NCBI RefSeq assembly: GCF_963921235.1 | Contig: NC_086108.1 | Location: forward strand, 41,170,001-41,234,000 | Source of the DNA: Mobula hypostoma | Taxonomy: Eukaryota | Length of the DNA stretch: 64,000 bases | Direction of reading: 5' to 3' | In this document: in pieces, positions 50,575 through 63,910 of the stretch | Layout: every line of letters begins with the position of its first letter | Position numbering within the stretch: position 1 is the first letter of the stretch | Translations under genes and position numbers: made by a program | Notes under the pieces: model-generated | Told to the model about the DNA's origin: nothing | Seen by the model: the letters and a program-made list of their open reading frames with translations, nothing else | Databases searched by the model: none

Positions 50575-52009
50575 AATATAACCTCCCTGCACATGGATGA
50601 TGTCACCATCTTCTACTCTGACCTGAGGTCTGTTCACAGGCTAACTAACATCTGTGATCAGTTTAAGTCAGCATCAAGGTCCAGGGTTAACGGCACAAAG
50701 AGCAAATCCATGTTCTTCGGCAACTGGGGCAACAGATCCCGTGCTCCCTTCACCATCAGGTCCAATATGTGAGATGATGGGGATCTGGTTCAGGATTGGC
50801 TGGAGCAGACTGGGAAGGTAAAGTAGAAAGTGGGACTGTGGGGAGTGCATTCTGTACTGATAACCTTGAAGAACCTGGTCATCAGGTGTGAGGTGCTCTC
50901 AGGGACGCTATACTTGGCACAGGTGTGGCCCATCCTCCGCTCCTCCAGCTTGGAAATCACCTGAACTGTCTTTGGGTTCATCTGGGGCTCCAAAATGGAG
51001 CAGATCAGACAGGTCACATGCACAAGTCCCTGGACAATGGGGGAAAGAACTTTCCCAATGTTTCCCTCCTTCTGGTCACCATTTTGGTGTGTGGCTGCAT
51101 CAGGCTGTGTGTGGAACTTAAGTATGTGGGCACCAAGTATCACTACGTGCCAAGTTTCTACCTCTCCCCTGTGTAATGAAAGATTGGGCCCCGTTCCCTA
51201 GCAACGTCTCAGTCAGCTGGGTGTTGCCACATTGCCTGTCCTGGTGGAAAAGTTCTTTTAGACCAACACCTTTGACCACAAGGCCATCAGGCAGTGATCA
51301 ACATGGAATGTCCTGCAAACACTGCAGGAGATGGACATGATGAACACAGTAGGGTGGTTCCCTAAGCATACTGTCCAGACCATCTGGCAGAACACTTCAT
51401 CACCAGGCCCTACCAACAGTGACCAAGATCTAACTTGGATGGCATTTAGAGGGACCCTCCCAGTCAGATCCTTCATGTATACCCGGAGTGTCATCTCCAC
51501 AACCCACTCCACACTGTGGGTTTGCGAAGAAGGGGTGGAGGAAGATGAAAGGGCCCGTGTCACATTTCATCCTGAGCAGCTGCATAACAGAGGGCTCTCT
51601 GTTCTTCGGGCTGCTCTCAGGGACGCACACGGAGACAAACACCAGGTGCTGCTGGTAGTTCATCAACTCAGTGAAAGGTGCTCTTTGGTTGGCCCAAAAC
51701 TTGTTGGTCGAGATGTCCGTGGAAGAATGCTGCCAACTGGCTTGTTCCGAGCTGCAGGATTACGAGTTGAGGGACACACGGAAACTTGGTGCAGCCACTG
51801 CAAGGGCTCAGTGGGGAAAGACCATGGTTTAGGCTTCTTCTCACACTGGAGAAAGTGGGGCCAAGTGCAGGGTCAGGGGAAGCCTGTTTAATATGAAATC
51901 CCAGAGTTTCAACAGTATGGAAAATATTGACAATGTCTGTGAAGGTGTTGAACAGTTTATTTGTGTTAATAATTTTTATTGTGAATAAAGTTTATTTTGT
52001 TAAAAAAAA
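50575..52009 (+). mobile_element. Tx1-clade (L1-like) non-LTR retrotransposon, RT C-terminal half and 3' end, dead
   Basis: SLHMDDVTIF..ICDQFKSASRSRVNGTKSKSMFFGNW; QDLTWMAFRGTLPVRSFM; AATAAA and A-tail at 51984-52009. Confidence 0.85.
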
Positions 52010-52374
52010 TACTTGCTTTGCTGGTGCTAATGGACAGGGAGCAAATAAGTATATTTAAATTACCTGTGGGATTAAAACCGCATGTCATGACTTTATTTTC
52101 TCTGGTACTTCAAGCTATCCAAGGCATTAAACAACAGGGAAACTTCCTCCCTTCTTTCCAAGTTGGCCGCAGTTACGATGCACATTAAGAGTGGGAGGCA
52201 ATAGAAGGATAAAGACTCAAAAATAACCTTTCTACTTTCCCACCTGAGCCCTTCAGAAGAGGCTGTGCAACACCTTCACGTCTGTGCAGAGCACCTTCTG
52301 AACATCTGACATCAGACTATGCCAGGCCTGGTGGGGCTCTCTCCCCTAAGACAAGAGATTTCCCATAGTCAACA

Positions 52375-52695
52375 CTTAAACTCAAAAATCCAGACTGACA
52401 GTTTGCCGCAAAGTTGAGGGACTGTTTCATTGTCAGCAGTCCCGTCATTTGAATGAAATGTTAGATTGAGACCAATCTGCTCACTCTGGTAGATGTGAAA
52501 TGTCTCCAAGCATTATGCGGAAAAATAGATTTTTCTATCTATCTCATTATTACAATGTTGTTCTTTGTCAGAACCTGCTGTGTACAAATTGGCTGGCACC
52601 TTTCCTACATCACAACAATGAGGTCCATCACTGACTGTGAACTGTTTTAGGACATCGTGAAAGAGCCACAAATGATGCAGCAGATAGACAAGTAT
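52375..52695 (+). mobile_element. Ancient Deu-domain SINE relic
   Basis: aaaatccagactgac..gaggga..cattgtc..gaaatgttagattgag..ctgctgtgtacaaattggctggcacctttcctacatcacaacaatga. Confidence 0.55.
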
Positions 52696-52831
52696 ATTTT
52701 GCTGATAGCTGTAAAAGTAGATTTATTCCAAGGTTATGTAAATGGCACAACGTTTTACGGTACAGGCATTATTGTAAGTTTCTTCCATTATTGAACTTTT
52801 TCAGGTATTTCTCCAATGGAGGACAACTTAC

Positions 52832-52915
52832 TGTGGTGTTAGAGTCACTTAACTGATACATCTCACACACTTCATTTACTATAACACCTAATGACTTAAC
52901 AGTCACCATTTCAAC
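52832..52915 (-). CDS. Candidate internal exon (VEMVTVKSLGVIVNEVCEMYQLSDSNTT)
   Basis: Strong acceptor tcttttccacag, 84 nt open in phase 0-0, donor gtaagt. Confidence 0.35.
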
Positions 52916-55068
52916 CTGTGGAAAAGATTACCACAATGATACTGGATTTAGTACATAAGCTGCTATTTATTTTATCTTCAAAAAACTTTCATTAATTGAA
53001 GTGAGAGACAGTCTTTTTTTACTTCAGTCCCTTTTATCCATATCTCTGTTACTGGAGTTTACAAGCCTTCGACTGTTTTCTATTTATATATCAGTTATAC
53101 AATAAGTGTTTCTGAAATGCTCACTCATATGTGGCACTTCATTTCTTCAGATTCAAAGTACATTCTGTGCAGATACCTGATCCTTCATGAATACACTTCT
53201 GGGTTCCACTGTGCATGATACACCCAAAGCCTAGTTAAACTGAAAAAAAAGCTTCAAGTCAAACCAAACACATCATAATTGGGCACATGCAGTCCTTCCT
53301 AAAGTTGGCTGTCATGCTAAATAACATTACAGTTGATTTAAAATATATTTATTGTTGCTGTTAACTATTGCATAGAGAAGGTTGAGATGACAAGTTCAAA
53401 TTACAATACCAACAAACCTCATCTTCAGGAAAACTGTTGGGATTTTTGATACTTGACAGCTTTCATTACCAGAAAAGTTGTCAATTTCATCACAGTGTTC
53501 TCTAAAGCAGTTGGGAAGGAGAGACTGGGAAATGACTTCACACAGAAACAAAAATGTCCAGGTGCAGAGGGGGGAAATAGTTCCATCAAAAAGAATCAAC
53601 ATACCTCATGTCAAAACTCATTTAAAACGGAGACTTGCTGAATGGGAAGTTAATAATATCATTATAAAAAAAAAAGAATTAGACAGCAAACCTGTGATTT
53701 ACACTAACTATGTGATGCCTGCCGTAACTCAGCAAGACCACCTTGCAGAAGTGTGACCCTGAGCATCAAGAAGACCAGAAGCATCCATGTCATGGGATCT
53801 CCACCACATCCCAGTTATCCACTAATTCACACACTGTCCTGAATGTGAAATCATTGCTGTTTCTTTGTTGCTGGATCAATGTCCTCAAATTCCCCATTTA
53901 ACGTAATTACTGAAACTCAAGGACTGAGGTTTCACCACCACCAAAGGATATTTCTTAAATGTTGCTCAGGTGGAAATTTAAAGAACATTTGAGGGTATAT
54001 TTATGAGTGAAAGTGAGTTGTAGATCTTATAAGAAAAGTTTAACTGCATAAAAATGTCATAATCATCACTTACCATTACTTTAATTTGCAAGGCCAAAGT
54101 GATTTTAAGTGCATTGTGCTTATACAATGTGTATGAATCTGTACTATTATTTAACAGTATTGTTCTATTTGACTGAGTCTTCGCTAATGAAGCCCTGTTA
54201 GCTCAGCAATCATCCCAACTTTTATTGATAATGCCACGGATCATCGTGTTTCTAATAGAGCTGTCACTTTAGAAACATTTACCCAAGGGCTGCTATATTC
54301 TGGTTAAAAAATTACTTGTTGAGTCATGGATGACGTACATTTATTGATCTATAATTACACACAGAAAAGCAAACACCCATCTTTATTACAGATATATTGA
54401 CTCAAAGTTATTAATTAATTCAACTTTGCAGCTTAGTGTTTGGTTGAAGAGCCAGGTTGGATGTTACTGGATTTTAGAATGAATGATTGAAACTTCATTT
54501 GGATAAATAATTTATGAAGAAAGATGCTGTGCCAACTAGGCATACATTCTTTGCATTTGAGCCAATCTTTATTGTTAAGTTTATAGGACATCTTGGTTCT
54601 TGTGCAAATGTTTTCTCTCCAGCTCAATAAACAAATGAGCCATTTTTGCTCTTCGACCTCCTTACAATCACCATTAAGCATTATTGCAGGTTTTTATATT
54701 TGAACAGTTTACACACAAATCACAGATATCCTTGGTAAAATCCAAAATAAAGAATTATCAATGCCTTTTCATGTTTATAAATCCTATTCTGCAGCACCAG
54801 TGAACACTCAGCCACCCTTATCCCATGGCTATTCCATTACCCCAGTCAAGTCTCTTTCCCCAGTTAACACAGATGCCACACTATTGAGAAAGTCTTTGTG
54901 CAGTCCTCTGTAATAGGGACATTGACCTCATCCAAAAGTTGAAGTACTCAGAGCCCCTTTAAACAATGAGATACTTTAAAGCAGTGTTTCCACCTTGCAT
55001 CACAGTCTGGTGAAGAACCATTTCTGATTACTTGACACAAATATCAAGATAAATTTGGATAACAGAGG

Positions 55069-55700
55069 CAAATGTTCCCTCCAATTTGTAGTGTGCGCAA
55101 AAATCTTGTGCTGTGTAATTTTTGCCCAGTGACAACAACATTCTATACATAGAGGTGTTCATTTTAATACCTAGCAGAACACTAGCAATAAGATTTTTAA
55201 TCTCCTCTGGGTTTTATCATTTTTGTTCTCGTTCACCTGCATTCTCACAAAACATACGTAGCAGGCCTGCAGTGGGTAATGAAAGATTTTCTTGTCAGAG
55301 CATTTGCACACCATCCATTTGCTTGCTAAATGATGCTTTAAAAAGTCAAGTTTCCATATATCACGCTACTTCTTCCCACTTGCAAATTCTCCAGCTACTT
55401 TTGCATCACAGCGATGCATGCAGGTAATAGCAGTTTCTGTATTATACACAAACATTTCTCGTAGCTTCACATTCCTGACCTCATGAGCTTTCAGAGTAGC
55501 AGTTTCTACTGTTTTATTAAGACATTCCACTTTAAGTGAACTAGCAGTTCTTTTGCGCTTCACACCCTTTACTTCTTCAGAATTCAACATAGTGAATCAA
55601 TAATTTCTTCAATAAAAACAGTATGAATAAGTTAATTCTAAAATCTGCAGACAAATCATTGCAAACTCCACATTGTCAACGCTGTCCACATCAGAAACTA
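55069..55700 (-). mobile_element. hAT-superfamily DNA transposon relic (transposase N-terminus and one TIR-like end)
   Basis: MFVYNTETAITCMHRCDAKVAGEFASGKK*RDIWKLDFLKHHLASK (TTF-type zinc-finger-like), continuing after a frameshift to PEEIKNLIASVLLGIKMNTSM; terminus caaatgttccctccaattt at 55069-55087. Confidence 0.55.
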
Positions 55701-55949
55701 GAAAAGGAAATGTGATTGTGTATGATCGTGAAATATACTTAACATGCCAACGGGGTTGCCAGAGACTGAACCATTGGAAATGCATCCTCACAAAGAATTG
55801 ATTCCATTAGCTGAACAGGGCAAAAACAGTGAGGTAGAGTTTGTGCTTCAGTGAGCCAGTTCGAGCTGGATATGTGCTGGTGAATCCAGCCATTTAGAGA
55901 TGTGGACCTAAGGTGAAGTGAGTGACAGATTCACGAATGTACTGAAAAA

Positions 55950-56857
55950 TCTGGAGATGGAAAACCTGGCTGAGTGGTGCCGCAGCAACAATCTGTCACT
56001 CAATGTCAGCAAGACCAAAGAGCTGATTATTGACTTCAGGAGGAAACTGGAGGTCCGTGATCTCATCTGGTGATCAAAGGTGGAGAGGGTCCTCGGTGTT
56101 AGCATTTTGGAGGACATGTCCTGGGCCCAGCATGTAAGTGCAATTACAAGGAAAGCACAACAACGCCTCTGCTTCCTTAGAAGTGTGCGAAGGTTCAGCA
56201 TGACATCTAAATCCTTGACAAACTTCTATAGATGTGTGGTGGAGTGTATATTGACAGGCTGCATCAGAGTCTGGTGAAACACCAATGCCCTTGCATGGAA
56301 AATCCTACAAAATGTAGTGGACACGGCCCAGTCCGTCACACGTAAAGCCCTTTCCACCACTGAGCACATCAATATGCAGTGCTCTTGCAAGAAAGCAGCA
56401 ACCACCATCAGGAACCCCCACTACCCAGGTCATTCTCTCTTCTCATTGCTACCATCAGGCAGAAGGTACAGGAATCTTGGGACTCACTCCAGCAGGCTCA
56501 GGAACAGTTATCACCCCTCAACCATTAGGCTTTTGAACCAGAGGGGATAACTTCACCCAACTTCACCTGTCCCTTCACTGACCTGTTCCCACAACCTACG
56601 GACTCACTTTCAATGACTCTTCATCTTGATATTTATTGCTTACTTATTCATTATTATTTATGTTTTTCTTTCTTTTTCTATTTTCACAGGTTGTTGTCTT
56701 TTGCATATTGGTTGTCCGCCTTGTTAGTGGGGTCTTTCATTGGTTCTATTATAGTTATTGGATTTATTGAGTACGCATGCAAGGAATTGAATATCGCAGT
56801 TATATGTGGGGTGCCATATATGTACTTTGATAATAAATTTAATTTGAACTTTGAACT
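55950..56857 (+). mobile_element. Rex1/Babar-type LINE, RT end to 3' tail
   Basis: WCRSNNLSLNVSKTKELIIDFR; KAQQRLCFLR; HYPGHSLFSLLPSGRRYR; (tttgaac)2 tail. Confidence 0.9.
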
Positions 56858-59800
56858 ATCTCTAGATTCCTCTGCTACCCAAACAGTGCCACGTGCCAGT
56901 GAGGGTAAGAATAGGATGCTCTGGCAGATGAACACGTGGCTGATGAACTGGTGTAGGGGCAGGATTTCAGCTTTCAGGATCATCAGGATCTCTTCTGGGG
57001 CAGGTGGGACCTGTACAAGAGAGACCGGTTACACCTGAACTAAAAGGGGATCAATATCCTTGCAGGGAGGTTTGTTAGTGCTGTTGGGGAGGGTTTAAAC
57101 TAGATTTGCAGGGGGATGGGAAACAGAGTGCCAGAGCAGATAGTGGAGCAGGGGTAAAAATAAATGATGTTAAAAGTTCATGCAAACTCACAAATAGAAG
57201 GATTGTGTGTGGTGGTAATAATCTTCTGAGGTGTATCTATTTCAATGCAAAGAGCATCCTGGGGAAGGCAGATGAGCCGAGGGCGTGGATTGACACATGA
57301 AATTACGACATTATAGCCATTAATGAAACTTGGCTACAGGAGGGGCAGGACTGGCAGCTTAATGTTCTAGGGTTCTGATGTTTCAGGCGTGATAGAGGCA
57401 GAGGAATGAAGGATGGGGGGGTGGCATTGCTAGTCAGGGAAAATGTTACAGCAGTGCTCAGGCAGGACAGATTAGAGGGCTTGTCTACCAAGGCCATATG
57501 GCTGGAGCTGAGAGACAGGAAAGGTATGACCACATTAATGGGGTTGTATTATAGACCACCCAATAGTCAGTGAGAATTGGAGGAGCAAATCTGCAGAGAG
57601 ATAGCAGACAACTGCAGGAAACATGAAGTTATGATAGTAGGGGATTTTAATTTTCCACATATTGGTTGGGACTCCCATACTGCTAAAGATCTAGATGGGT
57701 TAAAGTTTGTAAAATGTGTTCAGGAAAGTTTTCTAAATCAATATATAGAGGTACCAACTAGAGAGGATGCAATATTAGATCTCCCATTAGGAAATAAGTT
57801 AGGACAGGTGACAGAAGTTTGTGTAGGGGAACTCTTTGGTTCCAGTGATCATAACACCATTAGTTTCAACTTGATCATGAATAAAGATAGATCTGGTCCT
57901 CGAGCTGAGGTTCCAAACTGGAAAAAAGCCAAATTTGAAGAAATGAGGAAGGATCTGAAAGGCGTGGATTGGGACAGGTTGTTCTCTGGCAAGGATGTGA
58001 TTGGTAAGTGGGAGGCCTTCAAAGGAGAAATTCTGAGAGTGCAGAGTTTGTATGTTCCTGTCAGGATTAAAGGCAAAGTGAATAAGAATAAGGAACCTTG
58101 GTTCTCAAGGGATATTGGAACTCTGATAAAGAAAAAGAGAGAGATGTATGATACGTATAGGAAACGGAGTAAATAAGTTGCTTGAGGAGTATAAAAAGTG
58201 CAAAAAATACTTAAGAAAGAAATCAGGAGAGCCAAAAGAAGACATGAGGTTACTTTGGCAGACAAGGTGAAGGATAATCTAAAGAGCTTCTACAGGTATA
58301 TTAAGAGCAAAAGGATGGTAAGGGATAAAATTGGTCCTCTTGAAGATCAGAGTGGTCAGCTATGTATGGAACTAAAAGAAATGGGGGAGATCTTAAATTT
58401 TTTTTATATCTGTATTTACTAAGGAAATTGGCATGGAGTCTATGGAAATAAGGCAAACAAATAGTGAGGTCATGAAACCTATACAGATTAAAGAGGAGGA
58501 GGTGCTTTCTATCTTGCGGCAAATCAGAGTAGATAAATCCCCAGGACCTGACAGGGTATTCCCTCGGACCTTGAAGGAGACTAGTGTTGAAATTGCAAGG
58601 GCCCTGGCAGATATATTTAAAATATCGGTATCTATGGTTGAGGTGCCAGAGGATTGGAGGATAGCTCATGTTGTTTAAAAAAGGCTCTAAAAGTAGTCCG
58701 GGAAATTATAGGCCAGTAAGTTTGACATCGGTAGTAGGTAAATTATTAGAAGGAGTACTAAGAGGTAGGATCTACAAGTATTTGGATAGACAGGGACATA
58801 TTAGGGAGAGTCAACATAGCTTTGTGCGTAGTAGGTCATGTTTAACCAATCTATTAGAGTTTTTCGAGGAGGTTACCAGGAAAGTGAATGAAGGGAAGGC
58901 AGTGGATGTTGTCTACATGGACTTCAGTAAGGCCTTTGAAAAGGTCCAGCATGGGAGGTTAGTTAGGAAAAGTCAGTCGCTAGGTATACATGGAGAGGTG
59001 GTAAATTGGATTAGACATTGGCTCAATGGAAGAAGCCAAAGAGTGCTAGTGGAGAATTGCTTCTCTGAGTGGAGGCCTGTGACTAGCGGTGTGCCACAGG
59101 GATCAGTGCTGGATCCATTGTTACTTGTCATCTATATCAATGATCTGGATGATAACGTGGTAAATTGGATCAGCAAATTTGCTGATGATACAAAGATTGG
59201 AGGTGTAGTGGACAGTGAGGAAGATTTTCAAAACTTGCAGAGGGATCTGGACCAGCTGGAAAAATGGGCTGAAAAATGGCAGATGAAGTTTAATACAGAC
59301 AAGTGTGAGGTATTGCACTTTGGAAGGACAAACCAAGGTAGAACATATAAGGTAAATGGTAGGACACTGAGGAGTGCAGTAGAACAGAGGGATCTGGGAA
59401 TACAGATACAAAATTCCCTAAAAGTGGCGTCACAGGTAGATAGGGTCATAAAGAGAGCTTTTGGTACATTGGCCTTTATTAATCAATGTACTGAGTATAA
59501 GAGTTGGAATGTTATGATGAGGTTGTATAAGGCATTGGTGTGGCCGAATTTGGAGTATTGTGTGCAGTTTTGGTCACCAAATTAGAGGAAGGATATTAAT
59601 AAGTTTGAAAGAGTGCAGAGAAGGTTTACAAGGATGTTGCCAGAACTTGAGAAACTGAGTTACAGAGAACAGTTGAATAGGTTAGGACTTTATTTCCTGG
59701 AGCAGAGAAGAATGAGGGGAGATTTGTTAGAGGTATATAAAATTATGATGGGTATAGATAGAGTGAATGCAAGCAGGCTTTTTCCACTGAGGCTCGGGGA

Positions 59801-60112
59801 GAAAAAAACCGGAGGACATGGGTTAAGGGTGAAGGAGGAAAAGTTTAAAGGGAACATTAGCGGGGGCTTCTTCACACAGAGAGTGGTAGGAGTGTGGAAT
59901 GAGCTGCCAGATGAAGTGGTAAATGGAGGATCACTTTTAATATTTAAGAAAAACTTGGACAGGTACATGGATGAGAGGTATATGGAGGGATATGGTCAAG
60001 GTGCAGGTCAGTGGGACTAGGCAGAAAAATGGTTCGGCACAGCCAAGAAGGGCCAAAAGGCCTGTTTCTGTGCTGTAATGTTCTATGGTTCTATGGTTCT
60101 ATGGTTCTATGG
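56858..60112 (+). mobile_element. CR1 LINE with ORF1 esterase end, complete-length ORF2 region and 3' tail; youngest-looking copy but inactivated
   Basis: KRDRLHLN; CIYFNAKSI; IVGDFNFPHIGW; SSDHNTISF; KSPGPD; GVPQGSVLDP; SKFADDTK; (ttctatgg)4 tail at 60081-60112. Confidence 0.96.
57106..60020 (+). pseudogene. CR1 ORF2 (APE endonuclease and reverse transcriptase) pseudogene; longest open piece 58668-59585
   Basis: Consecutive ORF pieces separated by in-frame stops and frameshifts. Confidence 0.93.
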
Positions 60113-60971
60113 AATGTCAAAGGTCACCAGGGCCACTCAACACTAGGGCTAATTCTCTGCTGCCACCTCACTATCTCTGGGATTGAGAGCCATAGATCCC
60201 TATAGGTTATGGGGGAGAGTGCAGGTGTGAGTCTAGGCATCATGACATATCAATTATTACTTCGGAAATATGTACAGGAAGCACTGCACTTCTAATGATA
60301 TTGTAAACCTCTGCACAAAATGTATGTGTATGTTCTGAGTGAGTCTGAGAACTGGGGGACATGTATGCAGCTGAATGCATGGGGGATAGGTAAAAGATCA
60401 TGTTGGCCCTTTGGTGTGGCAAGGTGGGTACTAAAGGAGTAAAAGTGCAGAGGAAAGTATGCATTGAAGGTTAGCTTGCATTGGGGGTTGGCTAATGGTC
60501 TTTCAGATGTGTGAAAACCTTGTGGCACGAGGATAAGTGTTGTTTTCCATTAGTTCCCCTGCAGGAGATAAAAGGAAATAAGATGAGTGTTTCAAACCGT
60601 TGTCACCATGCTTGTAGATCTTGCAATAGCGCCCTTTTTAAATCATTATCATTTGATATGTGGATGACTGGTGGCTGCTATTCTAATGAAATAGTACAGG
60701 GGCCTATGGAAGGAAGGGGGTTGGGGGCATGCATGTCACACAAGCAAGGACAAGGGCTGGACAAGAGCAGAGCTGAGAAAGTGCGCAATGGAGGCTAGTG
60801 TGAACCAGGAATGGGGCTATGACCATGGCGTTGGGAGGTAGGGAAGAGTATGTACTAGGATGAATGTGTGTACAATGTTCTGGGGTTTAGACCACAACGG
60901 GAAGGAAAAACAGTATGGAAGGGGATCTTGCTGTTCCTTTGGATCTGCTGAAGAAACAACTTCTTTTGTTT

Positions 60972-61103
60972 CGCAAACAACAGGAATTCTGCAGATGCTG
61001 GAAATTCAAGCAACACACATCAAAGTTGCTGGTGAACGCAGCAGGCCAGGCAGCATCTCTAGGAAGAGGTACAGTCGACGTTTCAGGCCAAGACCATTCA
61101 TCA
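60972..61103 (-). mobile_element. PLE 3'-end fragment truncated inside the hammerhead core
   Basis: Matches 41222-41352; the minus strand starts at TGATGA..GAAAcGTCgactg. Confidence 0.85.
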
Positions 61104-61735
61104 ATGGTGGAATGAGAGTTCAGAATTAGAGGAATCCAGGTACCTGGGAGTATTTTATATAAATACAAAGAAGCTGAGTTGTGAATGGACTTGGAACTGT
61201 GAGCCAAAATAAACCCGTCATCACAGGAATAATGGGTGAAACGTCTTGGTATAAGGTATGAGCATTTGAGTTTTAGATTTCAGTGAGTGGAGGAAAGGAG
61301 GCTGATTATATAGAGCATTAAAAAAGTACAATCCAGAAAAAAATGGCTATTTTGATTGTACAGGATTCCATGTTATAACCTCAGTTACAATATGAGCAAT
61401 TTCAGCAACACTTTAATAACCAGAGGATTTCTTTGCTTCCCCCTATGTATCGATGAAGTAATTACACTAAATCATCAGAATTGACTGCTTATCTTCCCCA
61501 TGTTGACATTAAATGAGAGCTTCCACTGCCAATGACGAGGAAGGTTCTTCTGTTAGGAATTCACATTTTCTTTGCTGAACCATTGAATATTGAGGAATGC
61601 TGCGCTTTGATAAAGTAGTTTCACTCCCTTCAATCTGCTCTTGATGACTAATCAAGTTTTATGGACGTTTTTTCAGCTGTCGGAATGCAGGCTTTCTCAG
61701 CATTTCTCACCAAAGCTGATGCCCAATGAACTTAC

Positions 61736-61780
61736 AGAGTTCATATCCACTAACTGGTTCGTATGGATGTTTCTGCCCGG
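61736..61780 (-). CDS. Candidate exon (PGRNIHTNQLVDMNS or xGQKHPYEPVSGYEL)
   Basis: Long pyrimidine tract with ctaac, ccaaag|45 nt|gtaagt; two frames are open. Confidence 0.25.
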
Positions 61781-62049
61781 CTTTGGAAGGATCAAGGGAT
61801 TTACAAGGGAGAGTTAGAGAGTCAGAAAGGTTCAGAACGTGAATTCAGAGCTGTTCACCTTATTGGTGGAAGCAAGGCCAACAATGATAGGGGCAATAAA
61901 ATTTGATTAAGAGATCAGAATTAAAATTCAGGCAACTCAGATAAATGTGGGATTGGTTGAAATAATGCAGAAGGTGCAGGCTGAGGCTATGGAGAGATAA
62001 GAATGTGTATTCTCAAATGCTCACCCAGGAGCCAGTGGAGGTTGCCAGC

Positions 62050-62990
62050 ATGTTCAAAGTTCAAAGTAAATTTTATTATCAAAGTGCATATCCGTCACCA
62101 TTTTCCACCTTGAGATTTATTTTCCTACGGGCATACTCAGCAAATCTATAGAATAATAACTATAACAGGATCAATAAAAGATCAGCCAGGGAGTGCAGAA
62201 GACAACAAACTGTGCAAATGTAAATAAATAATGAAAACATGAGATAATGAGACATAGAGTCTTTAAAACGAGATCATTGGTTGTGCGAAAATCTCAGTGA
62301 TGGGCAAGACCCTGATGGTTGAGGAGAAGAAACTGTTCTTGAACCTGGTGGTCTTTACTTTACTTTACTTTACTTTATTGTCGCCAAACGATTGATACTA
62401 GAGCGTACAATCATCACAGCAATATTTGATTCTGCGCTTCACGTTCCCTGGAGTACAAATCGATAGTAAATATAGTAAAAATTTAAATTATAAATCATAA
62501 ATAGAAAATAGAAAAGGGAAAGTAAGGTAGTGCAAAAAAACCAAGAAGCAGGTCCGGATATTTGGAGGGTACGGCCCAGATCTGGGTCAGGATCCGTTCA
62601 GCAGTCCTATCACAATTGGAAAGAAGCTGTTCTCAATATCTGGCCGTACAAGTCTTCAAGCTCCTGAACCTTCTCCCGGAGGGAAGAGGGACAAAAAGTG
62701 TGTTGGCTGGGTGGGTCGTGTCCTTGATTATCCAGGCAGCACTGCTCTGACAGCGTGCGGTCTAAAGTGAGTCCAAGGACGGGAGATTGGTTTGTGTGAT
62801 GTGTTGCGCTGTGTTCACAATCTTCTGCAGCTTCTTCCAGTCTTGGACAGGACAACTTCCATACCAGGTTGTGATGCACCTTAGAAGAATGCTTTCTACC
62901 ATGCATCTATATGCTCTTGTACCTTCCACTTGATGGCAGCAGCAAGAAACGAGTGTGGCCTTGGTGGTGGCAATCTCTGATGATGGATGT
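62050..62990 (-). mobile_element. Two nested Rex1/Babar-type 3' fragments (inner copy 62354-62910)
   Basis: The outer copy resembles 18050-18520; the inner copy has a (tttac)n tail and encodes HPANTLFVPLPSGRRFRSL on the minus strand. Confidence 0.8.
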
Positions 62991-63274
62991 AAAGGGTATG
63001 ATGTATTTGGAGCTTTTGACTTAACCCTCTGTCATTGACCTTTATATTCCTTTCCATTGATGTATTCTATCTAGCTGAGTATCTCCAGTATTTGCTGCTT
63101 TCATTTCCGATTTTCAGCACTCTTTCTACTTTTCAGTTATTGAGAAGGTAGAGCTAAGAATTATCAACAGACATGTAGAAGCTGATGCTCTTTTTTTTTT
63201 GCGGTGAGGAACATCATGTGGATCAGATATAAGACTGATTCCAGACAGCCAATTGCCTATAGAGGTAGCGATCA

Positions 63275-63500
63275 TCCATCTGTGGAATTCTCTGCCACAG
63301 GAAACAGTTGAGGCCAATTCATTGGCTATATTTAAGAGGGAGTTAGATATGGCCCTTGTGGCTACAGGGATCAGGGGGTATGGAGGGAAGGCTGGTACAG
63401 GGTTCTGAGTTGGATGATCAGCCATGATCATAATAAATGGCGGTGCAGGCTCGAAGGGCTGAATGGCCTACTCCTGCACCTATTTTCTATGTTTCTATGT
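63275..63500 (+). mobile_element. CR1 3' end fragment
   Basis: LWNSLPQETVEANSLAIFKRELD and a (tttctatg)2 tail. Confidence 0.85.
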
Positions 63501-63910
63501 ATCTGAAATGTTTAATCTTAATTATCTCCTCACAGATTCTCCCTGACTTGCTATTTCTATCACTTTCCGTATTAGACCAAATCTTCTACAATTTGACCTG
63601 TTGCCAGTGCTAACTATTCATTTGACTGCAAAACCTACAATGGGGTTCCTCAGCAAACATTCTCTATGAAGACAGCTCCAACTTAATTGATAAGGTCCAA
63701 CATAGATTGGGCTCTTTCATTTACTTACAGGAGCCCCAAGGCATAGAAATTCATCTCAGTAAACTATACTCCAGATTTACAGACTGTTAGATAAATCCTA
63801 TGAATATCTAATATTAAAAAAAGCTATCAAAATTCCTGTTACCTTTTTAAAAAATAAAACAATATTTAAAAACTAATTAATTTGTAACTTTCTTTATTCA
63901 TACCTTCCTG

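Noticed and set aside
58668..59585. 305-aa RT ORF as an active or domesticated gene
   Set aside because: It is the longest surviving piece of a CR1 ORF2 that has stops and frameshifts on both sides.
60081..60112. Short tandem repeats (also 39327-39347, 43208-43232, 62354-62376) as a CRISPR-like array
   Set aside because: There are no spacers; these are LINE 3' tails or microsatellites in eukaryotic DNA.
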